A stretch of 64,000 nt of DNA from the human T2T-CHM13v2.0 reference genome, Homo sapiens. This document shows positions 48,550 to 62,257 of this stretch, one piece after another. Numbering within the stretch: the first letter of the stretch is position 1; each line of letters opens with the position of its first letter. The notes under the pieces were generated by a model. It had not been told where the DNA came from. It was given only the letters and a program-made list of their open reading frames with translations, and did not search any database. Location: NCBI RefSeq assembly GCF_009914755.1, contig NC_060947.1. One strand, written 5' to 3'. Position numbers and translations under genes: made by a program.

Positions 48550-49179
48550 ATGTTCTCCTAGATTTTAATTGACAAAGTGTCCCTATTAGAGAGATTGTTT
48601 TAGAAAAGAGAGATCCCCTGTGGTGTGGTGGTGACTGACTTTACACTTCCCTACCATCATCCTTTGCAGTTTCCTCCCCACTTGAGGACAGATGTTTAGA
48701 TCTCTTAGTTGATTATGTGAACAGGTGGCAAGAAAACATGGGTTCAATACCTGCTGCAGTAGTTGGCCTATACACACAAAAATCAATTTCTTTAAATAAT
48801 TTTCTTAAAACAACAGGTGTTTGTTAACTTACTTCCTGAAAACCCTTACAGAACAGAAAAAATATGAACACAAATAGCAGGCATTTTACAGAATAACGAA
48901 GCCAGATCCTACATCATATAAATAACAGATTCCTGTGGGTTAGTTTAGTTTGTCTTCATATACAAAACTCAGTTACCTTCCCTATTGTTCAATCTGCTGT
49001 CATCTTAGATACACAGAGCTTTTCACCAGCTGTATAAAGAAATTGGATCAAAGCTTCCTACAATAAAATGAAAAATAATTAAAAATGATGTTTCTCAACT
49101 TCCCTGCAATGGTGTGGCATTATGGCTGATGTCCATGAAATATTCAATGTGGTGAGTTTTGCTATACTTCCTATATTAA

Positions 49180-49484
<305 letters not shown>

Positions 49485-49494
49485 TAAAGCAAAA

Positions 49495-49779
49495 ATTTTT
49501 ATTGAGACAGTCTTGCTCTATTGCCCAGGCTGCACTACAGTGGTGTGATCAAGGCTCAGTGCAGCCTTGCACTCCTGGACTCAAGTGATCCTCACACTTC
49601 AGCCTCTGGAGCAGCTGGGACTACTAGCTAATGCCACCATATCCAGCAAATTTATTTTTTGTAGAGACGAGGTCTCGCTATGTTGCTCAGGCTGGTCCTG
49701 AATTCTTAGGCTGAAGCAATCCTCCTACCTCGGCCTCCCAAAGTGCTGGGATTACAGGCATGAGCCACCATGCCCAGCC
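49495..49779 (-). mobile_element. AluJ
   Basis: Reverse dimer; outer flanks TATATTAAAGCAAA. Confidence 0.92.
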
Positions 49780-50185
49780 TATATTAAAGCAAATTTTTAA
49801 GAGATTTTTATTTATTTCTTATAATTACCTGGAATCATGAGAGTGTCCAGTCACTTTGACATTTTACCTCTAAGATACAGTTTTCTCAGCAGGAAATAAA
49901 AATAATTAACATGATTTCCTTACATGTTTCTAAAGAATACAATGGTCTCAATGACATACTCTGCAATGACATACTCTGCTCTCTGGGCATGCAATGTGGC
50001 AAAACAGCTACCCATACAGGGGAATTGCTTCCTACAAAACTGCAGTCCTCAAGGAGGAGAAAGAAGAAAAGAGGAGAGGGGAAGAAGAGGAGAAAGTGGA
50101 AGAAGAGAAAAAGAGATGGGAAAAGGGGGTAAGGAAGGTAGGAAGTGTGGTGGGGGAAGAAAATTCTTGAGAGCAGACTTGATAG

Positions 50186-50187
<2 letters not shown>

Positions 50188-50224
<37 letters not shown>
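50188..50224. repeat. (GT)n microsatellite, about 18 units
   Basis: Direct reading. Confidence 0.97.
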
Positions 50225-50225
<1 letters not shown>

Positions 50226-50760
50226 ATGCGCACACCATGCCCAAACTGACAGGGATATTGAACTTGAAATACACTAGCTGAAATGCGGAGCCAAATGAGT
50301 AATTAATTACCCAAAAGAAATTAAGTTTTTAACCAGAAAAGAATGAGACATCTTAAAGAGGCAGGGTTTAGTAATTTCTTCATCAGTGGAAATGGGGACT
50401 CGTGAATAGGTTGAGATCAGTTATAGAGAAAGTTACATTGCTACACAGATGAGTTACTCGAAATCACAAATCTGTGACAAGATGCCAACCCCTACAAAAT
50501 TTCCAAGTGGTATCAAAATGTTTGCATGTCTTTGGGAACTTCCTCTTGATCTACAATTGAACTTCACGGAATAGTAGTTTTGCAATACATTATCAGCTAT
50601 TATGTGAAGAAAGTGCTTCATGGATAAAGAAATATAGGAAAAGCTGAGTTAAATAAAAGAGACAGGTATTTGTAATTGCAGGGCTTCTCAGAATCTTTAT
50701 TGCTAATTGACATTGTACATCTCCCATAGGGGGACGTAGCACATTATAAAAAGTTTCTTG

Positions 50761-51300
50761 CCTAGCAATTCTATTTTGGGTATATACTCAAATAAATATA
50801 AATCATTCTACCATAAAGACATATGCACGCTTCTGTTCATTGCAGAACTATTCACAACAGCAAAAACATGGAATCAACCTAAATGCCTATCTGTAATAGA
50901 CTGGATTGAAAAAAATGTGGTACATATACACCATGGAATACTATGCAGCCATAAAAAAGAATGAGATCATGTCCTTTTCAGCAACATGGATGGAGCTGGA
51001 GGCCATTATCCTAAGTGAATTTATGCAGGAACAGAAAACCAAATACCACATGTTCTTACTTACATAAGTGGTAGCTAAACAACAAGAACACATGGACGCA
51101 AAGAAGGGGACAATAGACACCAGGGCCTACTTGAGGGAGGAGGACAGGAGGAAGGAAAGGATCAAAAAACTACCTATTGAGTACTATGCTTATTACCTGG
51201 ATGACAAAATAATCTGTACAACAAACCCCTGTGACATGCTGTTTACCTATATAACAAACCTGTGTGTGTACTCCTAAACCTAAAATATATATTTTTTAAA
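50761..51300 (+). mobile_element. Older primate L1 3' end (L1PA16/L1PB-like)
   Basis: ORF2 C-terminus ([10 protein letters not shown]) and 3'UTR to AAACCTAAAATA. Confidence 0.9.
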
Positions 51301-51312
51301 AAAGAGTTTCTT

Positions 51313-51876
<564 letters not shown>

Positions 51877-54239
51877 CCAAAAAAGTTTCTTAAACATACT
51901 TGTCAGGGAATTCATTGTTCACAAAATGCCTGTTAATATCTCATTGATCTAGTAGTCCCTGAAAGAGTTTGGAAAATATGGCTTTATAATTTAAGGTGCT
52001 TTCTAGGGTATCTAGACCTAGAACACAGAGGGGAAAAATGGGGGTCCCTAAAATCGTCAATGGAGCTCCAAAGACAAACGTTTCCAGCTTCTCAAATTTG
52101 CTTTGACTGGCCCGGGGCTGGTCATAGTAAGAACCTTCTTTTTGTTTTTTCTGAGGGTAGTGGACAAACTTCTGACTGACTCCACTAAGTACAGCTTCTT
52201 TCCAGTCTTCTTTAGCAGGCCTAGCTGTGAACAGGGATTAGGCTGGGTCTAGCCCAACACTTTGCAAATAAATCCAGAGGGCAAACAGCAGGGTCCTCCA
52301 AGCCACCAGGGGACCCCAGTCACTTACATGATGCCCAAAGACTGCAGCCTGAAGTCATAGCTCCTAGACATTTCACCAATAATGGACGGCTAGTTGGACT
52401 TGGAGGAGGGGGAGAAATGAATCCAATAAAAATGGCAGGGAAAGGATCTGTCAGTTCTAGAGTGAAGGGGTGTGATTATTGGAATATTTTATTTTTGTTT
52501 TTGCCCTAAGAATGATGTCCAGGTTCAATAATTTTAACAGGGGCCTAGGTGTTGGCTGAGATCAAAAGCAGAAAAATTCTGCCATTTCACACTTTTGTGA
52601 CCTTAAATAACCCCCGTGTTATTGGGAAAGTGATATTTACTCTAAAGCCTCTTTCTTGTGCTTTTCCATGAATGTGGAGTGCCATTCTCTCCTGGAACAA
52701 CTAAGTTTCTGTCAAAACTCCAAAATATGGAAAGTTTGGTAATGGAGTGTTAGGTTAGTGGAATGTAATCTTTCTGCCCTCCTTCTGAAGGTCTCTGATG
52801 TTTCCCATGTAATTATCTTTGACATTTAATTGAAAGCATCATTTTTTTTTTCATAAAGCAACCTATTTGAGCCCTTGGTGGTCACTTAAGACCAACTTCA
52901 TTGCCACCTGGCACTCATCCAAGACCAAGATTATGTAGTAGCTGTGTGGTTCAGCTCCATCTGCTATAGACATCTACTGATTTTGTGGTTATTGGGGAAG
53001 TGGTGTCTTATTCGTGTTTTCAAGTTCCAACTTACAATGAAGGTTCTTTGGCTTTCCATGGTTTCATAGCTGCGAAATCAATGATGACTTCAGTAGCACT
53101 GACAATGTACTATATTTTTGAAAAGAAAATTGAAAAATTATTACCTGATGGATGAGAAATGGTTTTGGCATTTAAAAACAGAAAATGCTTCTCCATATCT
53201 CTTCTAAATTATGTCTGATGTTGACATTAGCATTTGTGTAATTCATCCAATTGTGGGAGCCATCATGTACTAATTCTTAACAGAAGTAAAAGCTATTACA
53301 GTGAGGAATAACATTCCTTCAAAAGGCTTCATTTCAGTCCTCTTCTTCTATGCATTTTGTATCAATTCCATGGTATTTAACTTATTTTGCTTTAATTCTG
53401 TTCTGGCAAATGCTGAAGAGGACATAAGGGGGCACCTAGAATTAAAGCCGAAATGAACGAGACAGTAGGCCTTAGTCCAAACGTTTGCATTCATTCAGGA
53501 GAGGCTTAATGGGCAATATTGAAAGGTATCAGATTTCTTTTTGTAACGAGGGCCAAATCTTCACTTAACAGAAGGCAATTTTGATAAATAGACAAAATAT
53601 AAGGCTTAATTTTGGGGCAATCTTAACAGAAAATTATAATATGCCTATCTGTGATAAGACCAGAGGAAAGCATCATCCTACCTCAGTTTCCCCACAGTAG
53701 TTGGTTTGGAAGGCTAAAAGCAAAAAGATCCAAAATGTCTGCAAATGAAACTGAGTACAGGTTTAGGAGCCGTCTTTCCACAGTAAAGACCCGGGCATCA
53801 GGACCACATCCCATCAGCTCAGTCTGAAGACAGGGAGTGGTTCATGCTCATTAAGCTGACCAACCTGTGTCTCCACCAGGGAGAACATGGTGGCAGCCAG
53901 GGTTGTTGCTAAGGTGCTCTGCGTACTACGCCAACAAGGGTCATCTTGCCAAGCTGAAAACAGGCAGATGAGTATTGTCGGTGATGGGACTAGTCCATGC
54001 AAAAGAAAGGAACCATCAAAGAGTGCATTCTAAAAATAGACAAGTACAGTGTGACATAGAGTAGGTGACCAAAAAGGGTCCTAAAGGGAGTCTGGGACCA
54101 TATTTTATAGAGCTTCTTATGCCATACTGAGTTTGTATTTGGTTTTGGAGAAAAGTAAGCCCTTGGGCAAAGAGGAGAGCATTCTATAAATGGGGAAAGA
54201 CTGGCAAGATATCCTTCTTCCTCTTCTCTCCCTGGGGAT

Positions 54240-54540
54240 TCATCAGGACAGACTTAGCTCAAACACTATCACCACAGATTCTGTGAGACTCTCTGACCAA
54301 CCCCATCACTCTACACACACAGACACACTCCACAGATAATACTTCCTCCTTGACGTTCCCATTTCACCTCGTAATTGCCTTTATCCTGCACTTAGAGCAA
54401 TCTAGTGTGTGAATCTGTGAACATGCCTGCTTCCTCAACTAGAGCATGCATCTGCTGAAGATCAGGGAATGTGCTTCATCTATCTCTGTACATTGCCTGG
54501 TGCATAATAGGAATTCAGTATATGTTTGCTGGATGAAAGA
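54240..54540 (+). mobile_element. L2 3' region
   Basis: GACTTAGCTCAAACACT...TGCCTGGTGCATAATAGG...ATGTTTGCTGGATGAA. Confidence 0.65.
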
Positions 54541-56149
54541 CATTTTATTCTATTTTCTGCAGACAACATAGCAGGCTCAGAGTTTGATTTTGCTTACATA
54601 AAGAGGGTGTAGTGTTAAGATTTTTCTTCTTAATACATTAGGAGGATATGACCCATGTAGTTCACAAACACTGATTTCTAGTCAATTGAGATTTGTGCAA
54701 AACCCACTAAGGATGAGTTGTGTTTATTATTTGTTTGCAGTACATTACAGCTAATGTTTTGGTATTCAAAATCCACTGTACTTTTGCCTCATTTAGTTCT
54801 AAAAAAGAAACCAGGAAATATTCTTTCCTCTTTAAGTAATGGACATGATGAGCCAAGAAAAATACATTAAAGAACACGTGCATTCACTTTTCGTTTGTCT
54901 TAGATCAAAATTAGATGTTTCTCCTCCATTATCTCATAAAAGCATGTGATTTATAAAAGAAACTGAAATGAGTGTCATTAAAACTGATTACCCTAAGTGA
55001 ATGGTGACGTATATGTGGGTATACAATTGTGATTATAATATTAGAGAAAGTAACCTAATGAACAGTGGGATAATGTGATTTTGTGGTGTTAGTAAAAGAC
55101 TAAAAGCAGAGCCCCTTGGTGAAATCGCACCTGCTGATCTGAAACAGGGCCCGAATGGGAACCAGGGACAACAACTGTCACGGCCTCAACCCTCTGATGC
55201 CACTCACAGTGGACAGTGCCCTCAGGCTGCCCCAGCTGCTCAGAGTCCTCTCTACCCCAGATTGCGGTAACAATTCTGAGCCTGCCTGTCTTATGCAGAA
55301 ACCAGGAGACAGAAGAGCATGCAGAACAGGAAGGGGAAGGAATGTTCTCTGAGAGAGGAACAGGTCTGCTGAGCACACCTTTCCACAGATGCACCCAACC
55401 CCCAACTGGAATAACTGTTGCTTCCTCCTCTGCTCATTGTGTCTCTGATCCCCACCCCCATCCTGTGAGCTCTGTCTCCTGCTGCATCAGTGACCTTCCT
55501 CCTCCTTGCATCTCATCCCTCTCTCACATGACAGTAGATCCTCCACCTCTCAGAGCTTCTCAACCCCCAAAATCCTTAAATTGCATCATCTTTCCTCTCT
55601 GCTTACCTTCCACACCAAACTGACAGTAGACGCACCCCATCCTTGCTCCCTCTCCTTGCTCACCCTTCCTTGCCTCCTTTGCCCTGAGTCTAGAGCTGAC
55701 GCCCTCATCCTTCTGGCCTGCTTTCCAATGACATAAGGGAACGTCTCGGTAGTGAATGCCACTTCCTCTTAGCAGTTCTCCTTCACATCTCACCTCTCAG
55801 AAGTATTTGATGACTGCCTGGAATTCTCTTTGCATTTAGGATTCCAATATTTACCTCCTCTGACACCATTTCCCTAATGCACTCCTCCATTCCTGCCACC
55901 TACATGTGGGTGTCTTCAAAACTGTCCACATCTTGCCTCTCCTTTCCCTCGCAGATGTTTTCTTTTCCTATGACTTAGATGACCTGGTATCACTCTGTGG
56001 TTGGCTCTCAAATTTATGAATCCAGCCAACCATGCTGCCCCTTGCTCCTCGCTCCTGCTGTCACACAGACAATCTTCCCTCTTCGTCATTTGCCCTCTGC
56101 CCCTGTGGCATAGTTCACTGTGGTGCCATGCATTTCACTATTACGGTCC

Positions 56150-56410
56150 AAAGTTAGAGATTCAGATAAAAACACCTTCAACATCCAGCTCTGCCACATA
56201 CTTCCAATCTGACTTCGGACAAGTTTCTTCACCAGTCTGAGTCAGTTTCCCCATTTGTAGAAGCAAAGATAATGCTTCATCCATGCCTCTGTCTTTGATG
56301 TGAGAATGAAGAGAATCCATGTAAATCACCTGGCCCATAGTAATTGTTCCATAGGTTTTAGCTGTTATTATTAATGTACTCAGTAGATATTTATTGAATA
56401 AGAATGAACT
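56150..56410 (+). mobile_element. MIR followed by L2 tail
   Basis: TCTGAGTCAGTTTCCCCATTTGTAGAA; TACTCAGTAGATATTTATTGAAT. Confidence 0.7.
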
Positions 56411-56699
56411 ATGGTGATGCCTCAGGTACTGTAATAGGAAGATGGGAGGAGGGCACGAGGTTTGAAGACTTTTGAGCCTCCTCACATCTTATAGCATGAA
56501 GTGAAGGCCCCTTCTCCAATGTGGGCCAATCTAACCCAATGAGAATGACTAACCTTTGTGAAATATTACTTTTTAAAATTGCATGTAAGTAATATAATTA
56601 TCCTCCAGATTAAGCTGTTTATTCACTGTAGCCTACTCTATATGATCACCCTTATGAGGTGATTCCAATCTTTGTTGATTACTTAACAACAACAAAGTT

Positions 56700-56911
56700 G
56701 TTTCACCTGCTTTCACCATGTGACGTGCCTGCTCCCCCTTCGCCTTCTGCCATGATTGTAAGCTTTCTGAGTCCTCATCGGAAGTGGAGCAGATGTCCAG
56801 TGCCATGATTCCTGTTCAGCCTGTGGAACTGTGAGCCAATTAAACCTCTTTTCTTTATAAATTACCCAGTCTCAGGTATTTCTTCAAAACAATGCAAGAA
56901 TGGCCTAATAC
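56700..56911 (+). mobile_element. 3' half of an MST LTR
   Basis: CCATGTGACGTGCCTGCTCCCCCTTCGCCTTCTGCCATGATTGTAAG...GCCTAATAC. Confidence 0.88.
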
Positions 56912-57179
56912 GATTACCTTAATGAAAATTGCACAAAAGAAATGTGCTGTCAAAGAAAAAAATCACCATTTGATTCTCTTGAAATTAAAATGCCCCTCCC
57001 CAACTCAGCCAGGTTATCTTTCTGGGATATAACATGCTTTTTCTCCTAAGTAGTAGATTTTTCACACAAATCAAGGAGTCACCTCCCTAAAGAATTTTCC
57101 CCCAGTGTGTGAGGGAGTCAGCACTTTGATTAGCAATTTTTCATTGTTTCTTGACTGCTCTGATCTGTTCTTAAGACTA

Positions 57180-57447
57180 CTTTTAAAAATAAACTTTGTT
57201 TAGAATCATTTTATATTTACAGAGAAGTTGCAGAGTTCCTGTATGCTTGTCATCCAGTTCCCCCCTAATGCTAACATCTTGCATAACAGTGGTACATTTG
57301 TCAAAACTGAGAAATTGGCATTGATACATTACTATTATTAAACTACAAACTTCATTCAGATCTCACTAGTTTTGTCATTGATGTTTTTCTTTTTCTATTC
57401 CAGGATCTGATTCAGGATACCACATTGCATTTAGTCATCATGTCCTT
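57180..57447 (-). mobile_element. L1MB/L1MC 3' end
   Basis: TTTACAGAGAAGTTGCA...CCAGGATCTGATTCAGGATACCACATTGCATTTAGT. Confidence 0.75.
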
Positions 57448-57889
57448 TTAATAAATATTCAGCTGATAGTGAATCATGCTCAATCATTAACTATCAAAAG
57501 GTTCTCTGCTGCATGACAGTATATAAAACCTGTGAAACTAAAAGTGAGGTGGGGAAAGCTGGCCAAAATGGAACTTAGACCAGTCATCCAAATAAGCAAA
57601 ATTAGTTGGAAAAAAATTTTTTCAGATGCTATCAAAGTGCAATGTTAAACATTTTGTTTTTTTGTCCTTCCTGCATCCCAGAACTTTCTTCAGTTTGTCT
57701 CTCCAGGAAGGATGAGCACCTCCACACTCAAGGTTTGACTATGTTGAAGCTACATCATTGATCATCAAATCAGAAGAAACAAGGAGTTGTTTTAGTCTTC
57801 ACTGGAAGCACACCTATGTGACCTTGAGCAAGTGTATTCAGCCATTCTTGGTCTCCCTTTCCCCATCTGTAAAATGTGTGGTTTGTTGA

Positions 57890-58105
57890 TGACTGGTCTG
57901 TGGATCTGTTGCATCAGAATCACCTGGAAAGCTGTTGAAAATGCTAATTTTCAGGTCCTAGCCCACTCACGAATATCTTTGCAGTTGGGCCAGGGTATCT
58001 GTAGTTTCATACACACACAGACACACAAGTGTGTGCGTGCACGCACATACATACAGAGTCACTCCCAAGTGACTTGGATCCACAGCAGGGTTTGGGACAC
58101 ACTGG
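57890..58105. mobile_element. MER5A-like DNA transposon within a MIR
   Basis: GCATCAGAATCACCTGGAAAGCTGTTGAAAATGC...GGTTTGGGACACACTG. Confidence 0.7.
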
Positions 58106-58975
58106 ATTAAACAATCTTCCTGCTTGCCTGAATTCAGAGGCAAAAAAATAGCCCTGGGAAGTATCCTTTAATAGAAGGCCAGGAAAAAGGATCAGCCTCT
58201 TTGCAGAAGCAGGTTTGGTGCTTCAGGGAGCTACCAAGACTATCTTCTTAAGAAACAATCCCCACTTCCCAGGCTTCTCTTTCATTCTACCTGGGCATTC
58301 AGTGTATAATGCATATGTAGCCTACAAAGTCAAAGAACTGGCTTTCTGTGCATTTTATTTAAATTAGTTTTAAGGAAAGTGGTTAAAGAGGAGAACTGAG
58401 GTAAATGAAAGTTAATCCACTTATTTTACTTGCACTCTGCCTTTTAAGAAACCCTCTTAACTATATTCTGAGTGCCAATAAATAACAAGGAAATATTAGC
58501 AAGTTGATTTTGTCTGTGATTTCTGCAACTTTCTGTTTTAATTGACAGAACCTCAAGAGCTGAAAAAAGGAATCATATAATCAAGACAGATTATAGATCA
58601 AATAATTTTATTAAATGAGAAAACTGAAGAAAATCAAAATGCAAACAGGCAATACCATTACATAAAAATTTGACTCAATTAATAATGAGTCACTCCACAT
58701 CACAATTGTTTGAGGCACCAGTTTTCCTGCATTTACAGATAAAGAAACTGAGGTCAAATGCACAAGATTTCATAGAGTAGGTGACATAGAAATTCAGTCC
58801 AGGTCCAAGGTCTCTAATGCCACGTTCCAGAGATGTTTTTAGCAGGCTTATTTATGAACCAGAAATAGTATATAAATGTTTAGGGAATATACTACACATC
58901 TACTTGATGTATGCAGTCATTAAAATGGATAAGCACACTTACATCCTGCAGATGAGAGAATAAATTGGTACCATT

Positions 58976-59152
58976 GAGCCAGGTGCAGTGGCTCTTGCCC
59001 ATAGTCTGAACTACTCGGGAGGCTGAAGTGGGAGGATTGCTTGAGCCCAGGAGTATGAGGCTGCAGTGAGCTGTGATTGCACTACTGCATTCCAGCCTGG
59101 GCAACAAAGCGAGACCCGCCTCTTAAAAAAACAAAAATAAAAATAAAAAATA
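58976..59152 (+). mobile_element. Free right Alu monomer (FRAM-like) inside L1ME-like remnants
   Basis: Single right-arm monomer with A tail. Confidence 0.85.
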
Positions 59153-59975
59153 ACTGATACAATCATTCCAGAAAGCAATTTAGCAATCTCCATAAAGTGT
59201 CTTTTCAAAGTTCATACTCTTTGCCCCAGTAATTCACTCTCTGGGAACTTATCCTAAGGTAATAATCAGAAATTTGGCAAGAGGCTTATTTGCAAAACTG
59301 TGCATTAAAACAGTACTTTAAAAAATGAAAAACCTAGAAGGAAACTAAAGGTTCCAAATTAATGAGTTAGATAAGTGATAGCTCTTTATATGTTATAATA
59401 TCACATAAATACAAAAAAATGGTGTTCTAATAGTGTAGGAAACTATTTATAATATTTTAAGGAAAAGGACATGATCAAAATATTGTATGTATACTATGAT
59501 CCCAATTTTGTTGAAAGAAAAATGTGTGCATGTGTAAAGAAAACAGGACTGAAAAGAAATACATTAGCATATTTAAAGTGTCTTAAAATGTAAAAGAGTG
59601 TTAAGGTGGTTCTCTCTCTATGGTGAAATTAGAGTTCATTCTTTAGTCTCTTCTTTGAGCCTTTCAGAATTTTGAATTCTCGTTAGTAAGAAACAAACCA
59701 CTTTTATGATCAGAAGGAACACAATGTAATTTTTGAGAGAAATGAAAACTGCAGATTATAAAAAAGTAATAACAGAAAAATCCTATGATATGTTTAGTAA
59801 AAAAATAAAAATTGCATACACAGTAGAGTTTATGAAGATATGCACATAAATAATTATAACTCTGCAGAGGAAGGATTAGATGAAAGCACAACAAAATATT
59901 AAAGATGTTTGGGTTTAAATGGCAAAAATAAAGTGAATCTCTTCTATAGCTTTTTATTTTCAAAAATTGTATTAA

Positions 59976-60276
59976 GGCCAGGCGCAATGGCTCACGCCTG
60001 TAATCCCAGCACTTTGTGAGGCCAAGGCGGGCAGACCACCTGAGGTCAGGAGTTCAAGATCAGCCTGGCCAACATGGTGAAACCCCGTCTCTACTAAAAA
60101 CACAAAAATTAGCCAGGTGTGGTGGCGCATGCATGTAGTCTCAGCTACTCAGGAGACTGAGACAGGAGAATCGCTTGAACCCAGGAGGCAGAGGTTGCAG
60201 TGAGCCGAGGTTGCAGTGAGCTGAGATTGCATCACTCTACTCCAGCCTGGGTGACAGAGAGAGACTCCGTCTCAAA
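59976..60276 (+). mobile_element. AluS with internal 16-bp duplication
   Basis: Flanks CAAAAATTGTATTAA / CAAAAATTTGTATTAA. Confidence 0.95.
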
Positions 60277-61944
60277 CAAAAATTTGTATTAATGTGATTT
60301 TTAAATAATGTTTACATGTTCCTTCATCTTCCCTGCCACCTCCATCCCCAGTTCTCACAACCTAGGGTGCTGTGCAGCTAAGAGCACACAAGCTGTAGAA
60401 TCAGTCACAAGTGAGCTCCCACCTTGGCTCTGAAATTCACTTGCTGTGTGTCCTTTGGCAATTATTTTCTTTGAGAAACTCATATGAAAAATAGCATAGC
60501 ACCTGGCTCCCCAGATTACCAGGATCATGAAAGGAGATGATGGATGCTAATTGCTTAGCATATTTCTGCTAGAATCACTAGAGCTTTGTGGCCATTAGAG
60601 TTGGGGCGCTTGATGAGTTTGGGGTTTTCACTAGCGTGTCTTCGGCTTCACTCTTGATCTTACTTTGCCAGGCCCCAGAAAAGTAGGGGTGAAGTTGGCA
60701 GGTCTTCTGAACCCTGCTTGTAGCATGAGAAAACTAGTCAATAGTCTAGAGAGGAGAACTTGGATGAAAACATGTTCTTCCTAGTCCCACAATGGATGTC
60801 TCTGTCTTGGGTAACCCACTTGGAATTCAAAGTGAATTCCAACTTTGGTCAGTGTGCTCAACCTTGGGTTATTGAACTTCAACTCAAAGATGTGTTTTTA
60901 ATCAATGCCTTTCCTTCTTCTAAATACACATGCTTTTAAGGAATAATGGCGGGTGCTCAGATAGGGCATGGAGAGGCATACATATAGACACACTCAAGGA
61001 TGCCCGCCAATATCTTTCTGCAGGACGTCCATTCTGTCTCGTGGTCCATCATTCAATTCAAGCCTTTGGGTCAACTCCCTAACTCTCCTAAAATGGAGTA
61101 TTAATGTGTATTCAATCACATGTCAGTGTCATTCATTTGTTAGGGACTTCCTCTAATCAGATAGCTGGGAATGAGGTCTGAGGGAACATGGGTTTTGAAG
61201 ACAAAGTAATTTCAAAATTCAGGACACTAGCTGAGTCTAGTCTAAGTGTAGAGTCAAAGGCAAGGAGGTGAGGAACTCATGGAGACTGCCCAGCTCTGTG
61301 CTGGTGAAAAGCAGCTACCTTCAGTTCTTCATTGCCCTCAGCTCTAAAATGGCCCAGTGGTTCAGGCTTTCTTTGCCTCTTGAAATCATCCTTAATTTTT
61401 AGTATTAACAGATACTAGTGGTTCAGGGCATGAGGTCCAAGTCAGTCACACATGGACTCCAAGTCAGAATTCCCATCTTAGCTGTGGAACCTCAAAGAAT
61501 GTTTTGAAATGATGGCACCTTCTACCAAGAAGTGCTGGAATGATCAAGTGAGATGTTACAACTAGGCAACAGCACAGATTGTGGCACTAAAAAAGCCTTC
61601 AATAAATAGGAACAAGTATTATTCTACTCCTTGAGCTTACTTGTATTCTTAATGACTTCTGCAGTTCCAAAATTCCTTGCTCTCATGGAAAACAAACATG
61701 CAGGCTTCTCTCTGATCTGTGGAAGTGGACAGTGCATAGAAATACTAGCAGCAGCAATTCCTGTCTCAGGGCTTTCTGAGACCATGGTTACTCACATAAC
61801 TCTCTCACACAGAGCCTGGCTGAACGGAGACACCAAACACTTGGTTATCTTTCCCCATCAGCTGGGGGCCAGTGGAACTGGGCATTGCAAGCCTTATCTG
61901 AACTATAACAAAAATTCATTATTAGACTCTCATTACAAGCGTAG

Positions 61945-62257
<313 letters not shown>

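Noticed and set aside
49949-49979. Tandem CAATGACATACTCTG duplication
   Set aside because: Ordinary 15-bp slippage duplication with no further structure
56677-56922. GATTACTTAA / GATTACCTTAA flanking a half MST LTR as a possible TSD
   Set aside because: Imperfect, AT-rich, not directly abutting the left end and no poly(A) tail; probably chance
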